Shown here in pieces: positions 27,060 through 39,959 of a DNA stretch of 64,000 nt. Both the position numbers and the translations under genes were made by a program. Numbering within the stretch: position 1 is the first letter of the stretch; the number at the start of each line of letters is the position of its first letter. The DNA is from Octopus sinensis (Eukaryota). Under the pieces are notes generated by a model. That model did not search any database, was not told the DNA's origin, and worked only from the letters and a program-made list of their open reading frames with translations. Location: the NCBI RefSeq assembly GCF_006345805.1, contig NC_043004.1:81282001-81346000 (forward strand), given 5' to 3'.

Positions 27060-27960
27060 TGCATTCCACTTTGCAGCTTTAACGATAAGAGATTTGTAAC
27101 TAGAATCTTCGACGCTATGTTTTGTGTTTCTTTTAACATTTATCTTCAACTTCGAGAACCATTGTGAAACCGTCTAAAGTTTTGACAGAGTTCTATTTGT
27201 TGTGCCGGTTGATGTATTCACTTTAGCGACGGAAATAAATATCGCAATGCGGTAAATTCTAGCTTGCTTTTGCATTTTCTTATCGCTACTCATCCTGACT
27301 CATTTTGATCAGAAAACTTTATATTATCAGAGCTTAAACCACATTGCATCCATACAATAACCCTCGCTACAAGTGCATTATAAACGTACGTTCGTCTGAA
27401 ATAAATTGTAATCCAGTGACGAAATCCACCAGCGATAAGCATATTCATGTTCGAATCTGCCGAAACATATCAAGAATGAATATATAAATCGTTGAGTGAA
27501 TGATTTAATCATGCATTTTGAAAACCCAGAGGTATTATACTTTCTGGAGCATTAATATATCGAGAACCAGCACTTTGGTCAAATTCATTGTAAATGACTT
27601 CACCGTTTGCATCAATTTCTACGATATTAAAATGAATAGAATAATTTCCTTTATGAACATACTTGAATATATACTTGTCAAACGTGACAGATGAGAAAAT
27701 TTCTTCGTTAATAGGGCTGTTACGAGTTAGACAGAAATATTCTTGTATGGAATAACATTATTTAAAGACTGATGTTTCAGGTCTGAAGAGATACAATGAA
27801 TGACCATTTAAAGTAGCTGCCATTTCCTCTTGATGGCATTAGTCATAATTGATGTAAGAAATATTTGAATTCTTTCTGTTCACCGCAACGACCATAGTGC
27901 AAATGATCTTTTTATTACAATTTCGTAAAGTGCAGATCATATTCTTTGATTTACAATTTG
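27060..27960 (-). pseudogene. Helitron Rep domain remnant
   Basis: NNVIPY..INEE..KYIFKYVHKG..EIDANGEVIYNEF..SRYINAPE..LGF (cf. Helitron NRWVVPYN..HINVE..KYLFKYVYKG..RYISAPEA); many disablements. Confidence 0.7.
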
Positions 27961-28494
27961 TGCACACATGCAATTCTATTTATCGTTATTTATTTTTCAA
28001 AATCAAAACCAACGAGAATAGTGAAGCAATATTAGAACACGCGTGTTTAGAATTCTATCTTATAAAAGAAACTTAAGTGTTTTCCAAATATTTTCGGGTT
28101 CCGGTGAGAAAAAAACAGTTCTCAACAGGTGCAGGCGTGGCTGTGTGGTAAGAAGTATGCTTCTCCAAACGATATAGTTCCGGGTTCAGTCTCACTGTGT
28201 AGCATCTTGCGCGAGTGACTTCTATAATAGCCTTAGGCCAACCAAAGCATTGTGAGTTAATTTGGTAGGTGGAAACTGTAAAAATCTTGTTGTATGTGTG
28301 TGTGTTTGTGTATGGGTTTCGTGTCTGTGATGGAATGTTTACGCCGCATAAGAGTGCTTCGGCAAAAGAGACCGTCAGTGTAAGTAATAGGCTTAAAAAA
28401 TAGGAAGAAAAATAAATAATGCGGCCAATTCGTACGAGTAAAATTATTTAAGCCGGTGCCCGAGCATGGCCACAGTCTGAAACAAGTAAAATAT

Positions 28495-28895
28495 AGGAGT
28501 GGCTGTGTGCTAAGTAGCTTGTTTACCAACCACATGGTTTCGGGTTCAGTCCCACTGCGTGGCACCTTGGGCAAATGTCTTCTACTATAGCCTCGGGCCG
28601 ACCAAAGCCTTATGGGTGGATTTGGTAGGCGGAAACTGAAAGAAGCCCGTCGTATATATGAATTTATATATATATGCGTGTGTGTGTTTGTGTATCTGTG
28701 TTTGTCCCCCTAGCATTGCTTGACAACCGATGCTGGAGTGTTTATGTCCCCGTTACCTAGCGGTTTGGCAAAAGACACCGATAAAATAAGTACTGGGCTT
28801 AAAAAAGAATAAGTCCCGGGGCGAGTTGCTCGATTAAAGGCGGTGCTCCAGCATGGCCGCAGTCAAATGACTGAAAAGTAAAAGAGTAAAAGAGT
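28495..28895 (+). mobile_element. SINE family A, full length (a diverged copy precedes it at ~28130-28490)
   Basis: Consensus head, core and tail. Confidence 0.9.
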
Positions 28896-28899
28896 ATAT

Positions 28900-28943
<44 letters not shown>

Positions 28944-29184
28944 TATATAATGAAGGAGATTTATTATTTGTAAACTCTTAAATATATCTCTTCTGTATAT
29001 ATATATATATATATATATACTAATAATAATAATATTAGGGAATAAATCCAAACTTACAGGGAAAAATCAGATTTAGGATTAAATCCAATTTTATAGAATA
29101 TAAATATATTATATTATATTATAATAAATTAGAGATAAAACCACTATTAGGCAAATCAAACAATGAAAAACATATATATATACA

Positions 29185-29690
29185 TCCAGTGTCAAGTTGA
29201 TCACAGAACTTGAGGCGATCCAACGAAGCTACACGAAGAAGATAGCCTCTGTGCAGCATATAAGCTACTGGGAAAGACTCAAGAGATTAAAACTCTATTC
29301 CTTGGAGCGTAGGCGAGAAAGATATACCATAATATATATCTGGAAGACTCCAAATTTGCCATCAAGATGTAGGACAAGATACTGTGATAGCCTGGGATTC
29401 AGAGGCCCACAGCTCTTCAATATTCTCCCGAAGAACCTGACGGACCTGCATGGAGTAGATGCGGATGTCTTTAAAGTAGGACTGGATCTCTTCCTGTCAG
29501 GTGTCCCGGATGAACCAACTTCGCGGCAGGATGTGCAGATGAGGGCAGCTGCATCGAACTCTCTCATGCACCAAATGGCAGTTGCTAAAAAGCATTCGTG
29601 AGGTAAAATCATGTAGCAAACCAAATGGCGGTGCCCCAGCATGGCCACAGCTCATGAGCTGAAACAGGAAAAATCAAAATCAAATCATAC
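29185..29690 (+). mobile_element. CR1-clade LINE 3' end whose tail matches the SINE-A tail
   Basis: LEAIQRSYTKKI..YWERLKRLKLYSLERRRERYTIIYIWK..GPQLFNILP..FKVGLDLFLSGVPDEP; 3'UTR GGCGGTGCCCCAGCATGGCCACAGCTCATGAGCTGAAAC. Confidence 0.88.
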
Positions 29691-29990
29691 TACCAAACAA
29701 ACATGATTTTTATTGAACTCCTAATACTTTTTGTGGAATATTTTCTTAAACACTTCCTTGTAAATTGTTTTTAACATTTTCTTATTTTTATCAAAGAATG
29801 CATTATGTATTTTAATACCTTTGTTACAACCAGTACTTAACACAACAAAGCTTTTACAAAGCTTTACATCTTACTTTTGACAAGCTTTTTCTAGAAAACG
29901 ATCAAGTGAATAAATATTATAAAAATTGCATTTTCAAACCTTCTTTCATATATCTTACAACATTACCTTGTTATATATATATATATAGAA

Positions 29991-30043
<53 letters not shown>

Positions 30044-30376
30044 GAGAGACGCTGGAAGTATCACAGGATTCCTTAATTGTTGTCACCTGAGTAAAAATGG
30101 AGCAACATAAAATGCTAAAACACAACGCATTGCCCATTTTTGGAATCGAAACCAAAAACATGCTAGTCGCTGAGCTACGCGCTTCAACAGGAACATATAC
30201 ATAGGTATACATACATATATACATACACACATACATACATACATACATACATACATACATACATACATACATACATACATACACACACACATACATACAC
30301 ATACATACATACATACATACATACATACATACACACATACATACATACATATATATACATATATACATGCATGCAT

Positions 30377-30725
30377 AATGTGGAGGCGCAATGGTCCAGT
30401 GGTTAGGGCAGCTGACTCGCGGTCGGATGATCACCCTTTCGATTCCTAGACCGGGCGTTCTGAGTGTTTATTGAGCGAAAACACCTAAAGCTTCACGAGG
30501 CTCCGGCAGGCGAACCATGCTGTACTCTCTCACCCTTTCTCCTGATTCTGTTCCACTTGTATTTATGTCACTGTGTCACGCTGAATCTCCTCCCTCGGGA
30601 ACTACGTTAAGGGTACACGTGGCTGTGGAGTGCTTAGCCACTTGCACGTTAATTTCACGGGCAGGCTGTTCCGTTGATCGGATCAACTGGAACCCTCATC
30701 CTCGTAACCGACGGAGTGCCACGAA
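30377..30725 (+). mobile_element. tRNA-derived SINE family C; tail plus microsatellite tandemly duplicated to ~31130
   Basis: GGCGCAATGGTCCAGTGGTTAG..TTCGATTCC head; tail GATCAACTGGAACCCTCATC(C/G)TCGTAACCGACGGAGTGCC at ~30690 and ~30892. Confidence 0.8.
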
Positions 30726-31124
30726 CGAACGTGCATAATATATACACAAACATAATACATGCATGCATGTACATACATACATACTTACATACATACATAC
30801 ATGCATTCAAATATACATATATACATGCATACATATATGCATTCATACATACATACGTACATACATACATACATACATACATTCACACATAGATCAACTG
30901 GAACCCTCATCGTCGTAACCGACGGAGTGCCACGAACGAACGTGCATAATACATACACAAACATAATACATGCATACACGTACATACATACTTACTTACA
31001 TACCATACATATACATACATGCATGCATTCAAGCATACATATATACATGCATACATATATGCATTCATACATACGTACATACTACATACATACATACATT
31101 CACACATACATACATACAGACAGA

Positions 31125-32335
31125 CAGACACACTGACATCTGGATGAGGTGCGCAACCTGGATATTAAAACCGGAATGGTAGTAACCACCACTAGTAGCT
31201 TCCTGATTAACAGTGAGAACGATAAGATTTATGTGAGACGAAGTGGTGACAGTAGAAGCGTAAGGTCAGTCTTAACAGCCTTTGAATGTCGCGTTGTATC
31301 ACTCAGACAACACCTGCTGAACGGTAAAGAAAGAAATCTGTATATACCATGCATTCTCAAAAGTGAGAGCAACATCTTTTAATCTGAGAATACAACTGCC
31401 TCATGCGACCCAAATGAGGTTGGACTGGCCTATCTAAGCAGAAGATTGGAGGAGAAACAGGTACCATACCAACAAAAGCTAAGCATGGGTACATATACCT
31501 ATTTCTTTACTACCCACAAGGGGCTAAACACAGAGAGGACAAACAAGGACATACAAACGGATTAAGTCGATTATATCGACCCCAGTGCGTAACTGGTACT
31601 TATTTAATCGACCCCGAAAGGATGAAAGGCAAAGTCGACCTCAGCGGAATCTGAACTCAGAACGCAGCGGCGGACGAAATACCACATAGCATTTCGCCCG
31701 GCGTGCTAACGTTTCTGCCAGCTAGAGGACAACAACAGCAAGATTAGCTTCTCCCGGACCTGTGGTTAGATACGTCACATCCCACCTAGACAGACATGCC
31801 TTCGCTATCCAGCAACTGGAGATAGCTACTAAATTTCTGATAAACAAAAGGGACAAAAAGAGCACCAAACCTTGACGTTGCGATAAATGTCAGCTCTGCT
31901 ATACGTGGAAGATATCGCCCACATCATCAGCAGGTGCCCTAAAATGTCTACCAGATGCTACCTGCCCATGAGTCCGATAGAGTTGCAAAGATTATTTACA
32001 ATGCTATCCGCAGGAAGGACTGCCTTGGTGTATACATGGAAGGCATATCATAACCTACAGATATTCACACTTTTAAAAGCAAGGAATAGTGGTGGAACAC
32101 CCCAATGAAAACATAAATTCAGTGCAAACATAACAGACCTGATATTCTTCTGTGGGGCCAAGGAACAAGAGTCATGCACTGTTGTAGGGGTCAGCTGCCG
32201 TGCGGATGTAAATGTACAATGAAAGATCTAAGAAAACGTAAATATCTACGGCGAATTAATGCGGAACTTACAGCTCTTGTACCCTGACTATAAATTTTCA
32301 TTTTTATCTATAATCACAGATGCATTAGTTTATGT
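31125..32335 (+). mobile_element. R4/Dong-type retrotransposon remnant interrupted by a SINE-B
   Basis: AFECRVVSLRQHLL, EDIAHIISRCPKMSTRCYLPM, HNRPDI, ELMRNLQLLYPDYKF; same family as 11915-13070. Confidence 0.82.
31501..31725 (-). mobile_element. SINE family B
   Basis: Reverse complement of the 21817-22047 consensus. Confidence 0.9.
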
Positions 32336-32360
32336 ACCAACAAATTTGCAGGAAAACCTC

Positions 32361-32394
<34 letters not shown>

Positions 32395-32395
<1 letters not shown>

Positions 32396-33792
32396 TGTGT
32401 ACCAATGCGTCTCCCGCCATATTTACACGTAGTGCTAGCAACGAGTTGAACAACACTAATATTATCAGGGCTGTTAGGACATCGCAGAACTGACGTGGAT
32501 CCTTCAAATCCAATCTATGTGAAGATTTCAGTGAATATTTCTGAAAACATTCGGTATTTGATTACCTGTGGACGCGTTTTGGAATTAGATCGGTATGAAG
32601 AATGTAAAAATCACACTTCCTCTGGTCATTTTCCACTTCAGCACAGCATTTCAAGATTCTAAATTTGAGAGCTCTGAAAAATTTGAACATACCTATCCAA
32701 TTCAAGTAGTATCATACAAACTAGATCCAATGTCCAGTACTAACGAATTCAAAACATACGAATGAGGTCTCGCATCTTCCCTCACCCATCCACGCGTGTT
32801 GTCGAGTAAAATGCGTCCACAGGTAATCAAATACCGAGTGAATTTCGTTGCTTTTTCCTTTCTGTCTACGTGAATTGTTTTGAGTATATATTGTCCTGAA
32901 GTTTCTATTTATAGTAGAAGAAATAGCCAAGTTCTTTGGCTGCTATTTCTAAAGTTCGGTGTGTGGTGAAGCAATTTTTTGCTGAACCCTAATTATAATT
33001 ATACTCATAATTAAAAAAATATTGTTTAAGTTTACCGAAAATGGTCCTTTTAACATGCCAAACACTACTTGGTGGAATTATTAATTATTAGTTAAATTAT
33101 TTTACCCTTTATTATTATTGATTATATATATATATATATATATATCACTTTATAATTATGAGTACAATTATAATTAGGGTTCAGCAAAAAAAAAAAAAAT
33201 TGCTTCGCCACATACCGAACTTTTAGAAATAGGAGCCAAAGTATAATCCCTCAGACAATGTATACTCAAAAACAATTCACGTAGGTATAGAGGGGAAAAT
33301 AACGAAAGTTCACCCGGCATTTGATTACTTGTGGACGCGTTTCTGAGTTAGATAGATATGGAGATGCAAGAATTATATCTCCATTCTAACATTCTCTTCA
33401 TCAACACAGAGATTTCAATAATTTTGAATTAGAGAGCACTGAAAGTGATCATACCTATCTGATTCAAGTAACATCAGATAAACTATTTTCAACATACAGA
33501 ACCAACGAATTCAAAACATACGAATGAGGCTTCGTATTCTCCTTCGCCCACCCACGTGAGTTGTCGAACAACAAATTCCTACAGAAAAATCTGTAGTTTA
33601 TTATCAGGGGGATAATTATATCATCAGTAATAATAAAGGGTAAAATTAATTAATTAGTAATTAATAATTCTACCAAGTAGTGATCAGTATGTTAAAAGGA
33701 CCATTTACGGTAACCTTAAACATCACTTTATATAATTATGAGTATAATTATAATTAGGGTTCAGCAAAAAAAAATTTGCTTCGCCACTATTA

Positions 33793-33837
<45 letters not shown>

Positions 33838-34280
33838 ATGTCTGCCTGTATCTTGTGTGTGTCTGTGTGTTGACGTATATATGTTCAAACATTTGTACGT
33901 CTTAATACAGGATTATAAATGTTGAGCGTCTGTGAATATCCCGCGCAAAGTGAGGTCTGCGTTGGTATCATATAATGGACGAGTGTTTTCTCAATGTTTC
34001 GCTCCGTAATGACTTGTTAGTGTGTGTGTGCGCACCTGCGTGCGTGCATGTGTGTGTGTGTGTCAGAGGGAGATAGGTAGGAGGAAAAAGTCCTTGCAAA
34101 ATGCAACGGGGATTTCGCCATCTTCGCCCGCCCCCCATAGTTTGTTCACCCATTTAAATCCTCTACATGAGAACTGGTTGTTCTGCGATGTCCTAACGGC
34201 CCTGATAAGATTAGTGTTGTTCATCTCGTTGCTAGCACTACGTGTAAATATGGCGGGAGACGCATTGGTACACAGACAAT
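32395..34280. mobile_element. Composite non-autonomous DNA-transposon-like region with nested inverted repeats
   Basis: ~32395-32490 inverted to ~34180-34280; ~32820-33010 inverted to ~33150-33330; ~32560-32810 is a diverged direct repeat of ~33320-33570. Confidence 0.6.
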
Positions 34281-34399
34281 GACGAAATAACATTTATACA
34301 GTAAAGTCTATGGACGTCTAATCAGCATTTACTAGCGTCTACCCGCCAGGCAGGATTGTATGGTTGCGTGTATAAATGTATCATATGTATATATATGTA

Positions 34400-36022
34400 T
34401 ATTGTGTCGTCTCTGTGGTGTTTCATGTTCTTGTCCATGTCTGTAATTAATTTTACTGTTTACCTATATAATCGGCGGCTACGTATCCACAATTGTCCTT
34501 ATACGATAAGTATATTTTTTTCTCAAGCTTTGATACGACTCTTAATCTGTCTCTTTTTCTCTCTCTCTCTCTCCTCCCTTATTCCACTTCCTTTCTTTCC
34601 CTCTCCATCCGCCCCCCCCCCCCCCCCCCCCCCCTTTCTACGTTTCTCTATCTCTCTCACCTCCAGCCCCCTCGATCTGTCTCTTTCTTCTCCTCCCTCG
34701 TCCACCTTCTCTCCCTTTTCATCTGTCCCTTTCTCCTGTCTTTTGTTCTCACGTGACAGCTAGCCGCTGTTGAGCGCTCTTTTCGTTTTCAGCAGCCTCA
34801 GAAGCAACACGTATTTGTTCGTCTCCCCGTGGCTTTAGGCACAACTTCACAAGCCAGCCCCATACTCAAATCGTCCTGTCGAAAGACCCTTGTCCTACGT
34901 CCTGGTTTTGTTTTGTTGTTTATTTTTATTTTTACCGTTATTGTTTTTACGTTTTTGTATTCTTATTGGTGTCACGTATTCTGTATTTTTGTTTGTGTAC
35001 TTCGATCGTTTTCCGTCCTTTCGTTGTATACATTCGAAGCTTTCTTCCAGGGGATCTAATGCGCTTGGCTTAGATTTCCCTTGGCGGGCTGGCCATATCG
35101 GAGCAATCTCAAGATTAATCAGCCGAAATTGCTAAGATGATCTGGTTCTTGACTGATGACTGAGGGCTTCGAATGTCCCGTCCTGTGGTTCTTGTGTCGT
35201 CTCTGTGGTGTTTCATGTCTTGTCCATGTCTGTAATAATTTTACTGTTTACCTATATAATCGGCGGCTACGTATCCACAATTGTCCTTATACGATAAGTA
35301 TATTTTTTCTCAAGCTTTGATACGACTCTTAATCTGTCTCTTTTTCTCTCTCTCTCTCCTCCCTTATTCCACTTCCTTTCTTTCCCTCTCCATCCGTCCC
35401 CCCCCTTTCTACGTTTCTCTATCTCTCTCACCTCCAGCCCCCTCGATCTGTCTCTTTCTTCTCCTCCCTCGTCCACCTTCTCTCCCTTTTCATCTGTCCC
35501 TTTCTCTGTCTTTTGTTCTCACGTGACAGCTAGCCGCTGTTGAGCGCTCTTTTCGTTTTCAGCAGCCTCAGAAGCAACACGTATTTGTTCGTCTCCCCGT
35601 GGCCTTTAGGCACAACTTCACAAGCCAGCCCCATACTCAAATCGTCCTGTCGAAAGACCCTTGTCCTACGTCCTGGTTTTGTTTTGTTGTTTATTTTTAT
35701 TTTTACCGTTATTGTTTTTACGTTTTTGTATTCTTATTGGTGTCACGTATTCTGTATTTTTGTTTGTGTACTTCGATCGTTTTCCGTCCTTTCGTTGTAT
35801 ACATTCGAAGCTTTCTTCCAGGGGATCTAATGCGCTTGGCTTAGATTTCCCTTGGCGGGCTGGCCATATCGGAGCAATCTCAAGATTAATCAGCCCAAAT
35901 TGCTAAGATGATCTGGTTCTTGATGATGACTGAGGGCTTCGAATGTCCCGTCCTGTGGTTCTTGTGTCGTCTCTGTGGTGTTTCATGTTCTTGTCCATGT
36001 CTGTAATTAATTTTACTGTTTA

Positions 36023-36025
<3 letters not shown>
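34400..36025 (+). mobile_element. Tandem ~0.78-kb repeat (2 units plus partial), probably Penelope-like ORF end plus terminal repeat
   Basis: Near-identical units start at ~34404, ~35195 and ~35964; ..YFFSSFDTTLN resembles the GIY-YIG C-terminus. Confidence 0.6.
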
Positions 36026-36075
<50 letters not shown>

Positions 36076-36439
36076 GTATGTATGTATACTTACATACACG
36101 CATACTTATATATGTTTACATATACCTATAGGCGTGGGCATGTGTTAAGAAGCTTGCTTCCCAACCATATGGTTCTGGATTCAGTTCCAATGCGTGGTAC
36201 CTTGGCAAAGTGTCTTCTAGAGCCTCTTCTGAATGGATTTGGTAGACGGAAACTAAAACAAGCCCGTCGTATATATACATATGTATATATATGTGTGTGT
36301 GTGTGTGCGCTCGTCTTTGCGTCTCGGTTTGTCCCTCACCACCACTTGACAAACGGTGTTGGTGAGTTTACGTGTCTGTAACATAGCGGTTCGGCAAAGA
36401 GAGACTGATAAAAAATATCCTGGGGTAACAAAGAAAGAT

Positions 36440-36950
36440 AACATATAAAATAGAAATACATAACTCCATTCTCTCCAGCACCGCCGTGAGCGATACATCT
36501 TTTGCGTGACGTGGAGAATATAACCTCAGCATTTCCCAAACGACCTCAACATTAGCTTCAAAATTCATCCAAGGCTAGGACCTCGGGCCATACGTCTCCG
36601 ACCCAATTCAGTATCACAAGACACAAATACACTGCAACACAATTTCTTTTCCTCAACAGGCCCTACCCTATTTAATATTGTCCCGAAACAGATCAAAGAG
36701 GAAAAAGGATCCTTATCACCTTTAAACAGAATCTCGACAAATTTCTTCAAGGAAAACCGGATAAGCCACCTATACCTGGATACAACTCCCCCAGCAAGAA
36801 CACCCTACTCGAATGGACTATGATACCACACCAAAAAACTTGACTTCAAGAAGACTTAGATAATCCTATCAGGTGATGCTATTAACTTAGACATAGCCTG
36901 GACCAATCTTTGGTCGAAACATATCAAGTTTATCTAAGTTTATAATATAT
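36440..36950 (+). mobile_element. CR1-clade LINE 3' end (second family)
   Basis: HSLQHRRERYI..HPRLG..STGPTLFNIVPKQIK..FKQNLDKFLQGKPDKP; tail repeat AAGTTTATCT. Confidence 0.75.
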
Positions 36951-37117
36951 GATATACATGTGTATATAGAAGCGCGGGTGTGGCTGTGTGATAAGAAGCG
37001 TACTTCCCTACCACATGGTTCCAGGTTCAGTCCTACTGCGTGATACCTTGGGCAAGTGTCTTCTACTATAGCCTCGGGCCAACGAGCCTGTCGTATACAC
37101 ATACATACATACATACA

Positions 37118-37151
<34 letters not shown>

Positions 37152-37407
37152 CATAATACATAATACACACACACACATATAATTTGGGCAAATACGTATA
37201 ATTCGATTAGTGTGTTGGTGTGTTTACGTCCCCGTAATTTAGTGGCTCGGTAAAAAGACCGATAGAATAAGTACTCGGACTTAAAGAAAAAAAAGAAAAA
37301 GTCCCTCTGTTCGATTTGTTCGACTAAAATCCGTCAAGGCGGTGCTCCAGCATGGCCACAGTCAAATGAAAGAATTTTTAAAAATTAAAGAATATATATA
37401 CATATAC

Positions 37408-37830
37408 GCGCAGGAGTGGCTGTGTGGTAAGTAGCTTGCTTACCAACCACATGTTTCCGGGTTCAGTCCCACTGCGTGGAATCTTGGGCAAGTGTCTTCT
37501 GCTATAGCCTCGGGTCGACCAATGCTTTGTGAGTGGATTTGGTAGACGGAAACTGAAAGATGCCTGTCGTATATATGTATATTTATATATATGTATGTGT
37601 GTGTATGTGTTTGTGTGTCTGTGTTTGTCCCCCCCCACACCATCGCTTGACAACCGATGCTGGTGTGTTTACGTCCCCGTCACTTAGCGGTTCGGCAAAA
37701 AGAGACCGATAGAATAAGTACTGGGCTTACAAAGAATAAGTCCCGGGGTCGATTTGCTCGACTAAAGGTGGTGCTCCAGCATGGCCGCAGTCAAATGACT
37801 GAAACAAATAAAAGAGTAGAAGAGAAAAGA
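37408..37830 (+). mobile_element. SINE family A, full length
   Basis: Consensus head, core and tail; further partial copies at ~36130-36420, 36970-37085(-), 37210-37372, 46895-47035, 47200-47360 and 52690-52815(-). Confidence 0.9.
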
Positions 37831-38239
37831 GTAATACATAACATACATATACGCGTTATGTATGTGTGTGTGTATATGTATAAAGGTATACAGTCACACG
37901 CCCGAACACACATTTATATTTGCACGAATACAACAACAACAACAACAAAAAAAAACCCTTCCAAAACTTTTATCTAAAGTTATTTGAGGTTTGTTTAAGA
38001 GTCTCGTCCACTGTTCACTCCCCTAACTCCCACCTCGATCTGGTCTTTATTCTTCCTCCGCCCGCAACGCATCCTACGCTGCTTTCAATCTATGTTTGTT
38101 TACGATTTCACTTCAGAAATCTCTGCCACCGAAAGATTGTCGTCTTCGACCACAATTTACATCTAATTGATATCATGTTTGTGTACGTGCGTTTGTTTAC
38201 ACTTTTCGTATACCTCTGTGCACCTCTCGCCGTGTCTAC

Positions 38240-38960
38240 GCGCTTCTGCATATATGTATGTACGTATGTATGTATGTATGTGTGTATGTGTGTATGTTTG
38301 TATGTATGCATGTGTGTATGTATGTATGTTTGTATGTGTATATGTATGTGTGTATGTGTGTATGTTTGTATGTATGTATGTGTGTATGTATGCATGTATG
38401 CATGTATGTATGTATGTATGTGTGTATGTATGTATGTTTGTATGTATGCATGTGTGTATGTATGTATGTTTGTATGTGTATATGTATGTGTGTATGTGTG
38501 TATGTATGTGTGTATGTATGTGTGTATGTATGTATGTATGTATGTATGTATGTATGTATGTATGTATGTATGTGTGTATGTTTGTATGTATGTATGTGTG
38601 TATGTGTGTATATGTGTATGTTTGTATGTATGTATGTATGTATGTATGTATGTATGTGTGTATGTATGTGTGTATGTTTGTATGTGTGTATCTATGTGTG
38701 TATGTGTGTATGTTTGTATGTTTGTATGTTTGTATGTATGTATATATGTATGCATGTATGCATGTATGTATGTATGTGTGTATGTATGTGTGTATGTGTG
38801 TATATATATATATATATGCGTGTGTGGTGGTGTGTGTGTGTTCGGGTGTGTATTTACGGAAATATATAAATGTACATACATGTACATATATGTATGTGTA
38901 TGCATATACGTATATGTATACTTATATGCTTACTTGCACAAGCACACACACGTACAAAAC
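38240..38960. repeat. (TATG)n/(TG)n compound microsatellite
   Basis: Direct inspection; source of the 386-aa pseudo-ORF. Confidence 0.95.
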
Positions 38961-39324
38961 ACACACAAACACATACACACACATATACACACCTATATAA
39001 ACATATGTCTTGTAATACAGCGTTTCGCATATCTGGGTGTCTATTCACTAATGAAACATCTTACAGGTAGTTCAATATGAAATGCGCTGTTCTTACTGAT
39101 CCGTCTATTAGCATGTACCCTCGCGCACACGCACACGCGCACACACGCTCCCTTCAATCACACCCAGACACACAAACTCCCTCAAACACACCCATTGCTA
39201 CTGTATTATTGACTCGACTTGTCACTTGTTTTTCTTGTTTATTCTTTTGGGGAGCGAGGTTATATAATATAATAAAACTTTGTGGTTATATATCTATCTA
39301 TCTCTACATATATATCACGGAACT

Positions 39325-39495
39325 CCGTCGGTTACGACGACGACGACGAGGGCTCCAGTTGGTCCGATCAACGGAACAGCCTGCTCGTGAAATTAACGTG
39401 CAAGTGACTGAGCACTCCACAGACACGTGTTCCCCTTAACGTAGTTCTCGGGGAGAATCAACGTGACACAGAGTGTGACAAGGCTGGCCCTTTGA
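39325..39495 (-). mobile_element. SINE family C, 3' half
   Basis: Reverse complement of the 30560-30725 segment. Confidence 0.8.
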
Positions 39496-39587
39496 AATAC
39501 AGGAACAATAGAAACAGGAAGAATGAGTGAAAGAAAGTTGTGAAAGAAAAAAAGATGACCATCCAGAAATACAGCAATATATACACA

Positions 39588-39641
<54 letters not shown>

Positions 39642-39915
39642 TTGCGAGCGATGTATAAGTACGCAGGCAAAGCAGAGTTATAACAGAGTAATTTCCCTTC
39701 ATTTTTAACGGTATTTTTTCATAACGTTTTCAAATAGCCAGATAACCGAAGAGATGGTGTTGTGGATTTCCACTTCGGCATCTGAAACTCAGAGTTTTAT
39801 CTTGACTACCGAGTAATGTAACATATTGTATAGATAAATTTCCTCTATTTACATAATTTGAGGTCTCTTTCTTTTGTTATCTTACCGTTTTATCAAGATA
39901 TATATATTATATATA

Positions 39916-39959
<44 letters not shown>

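Noticed and set aside
26700-27060. CCAAT/TATA-like promoter-looking segment
   Set aside because: Short motifs inside repeat-derived DNA with no downstream gene; not supportable as a host promoter.
37920-39080. 386-aa ORF and similar long YVCM/IHTY/LSVC/IYIY ORFs (9.1-10.9, 13.1, 22.2-25.3, 30.2-31.1 and 63.2-64.0 kb)
   Set aside because: Translations of microsatellites or minisatellites lacking stop codons; no protein-like composition.
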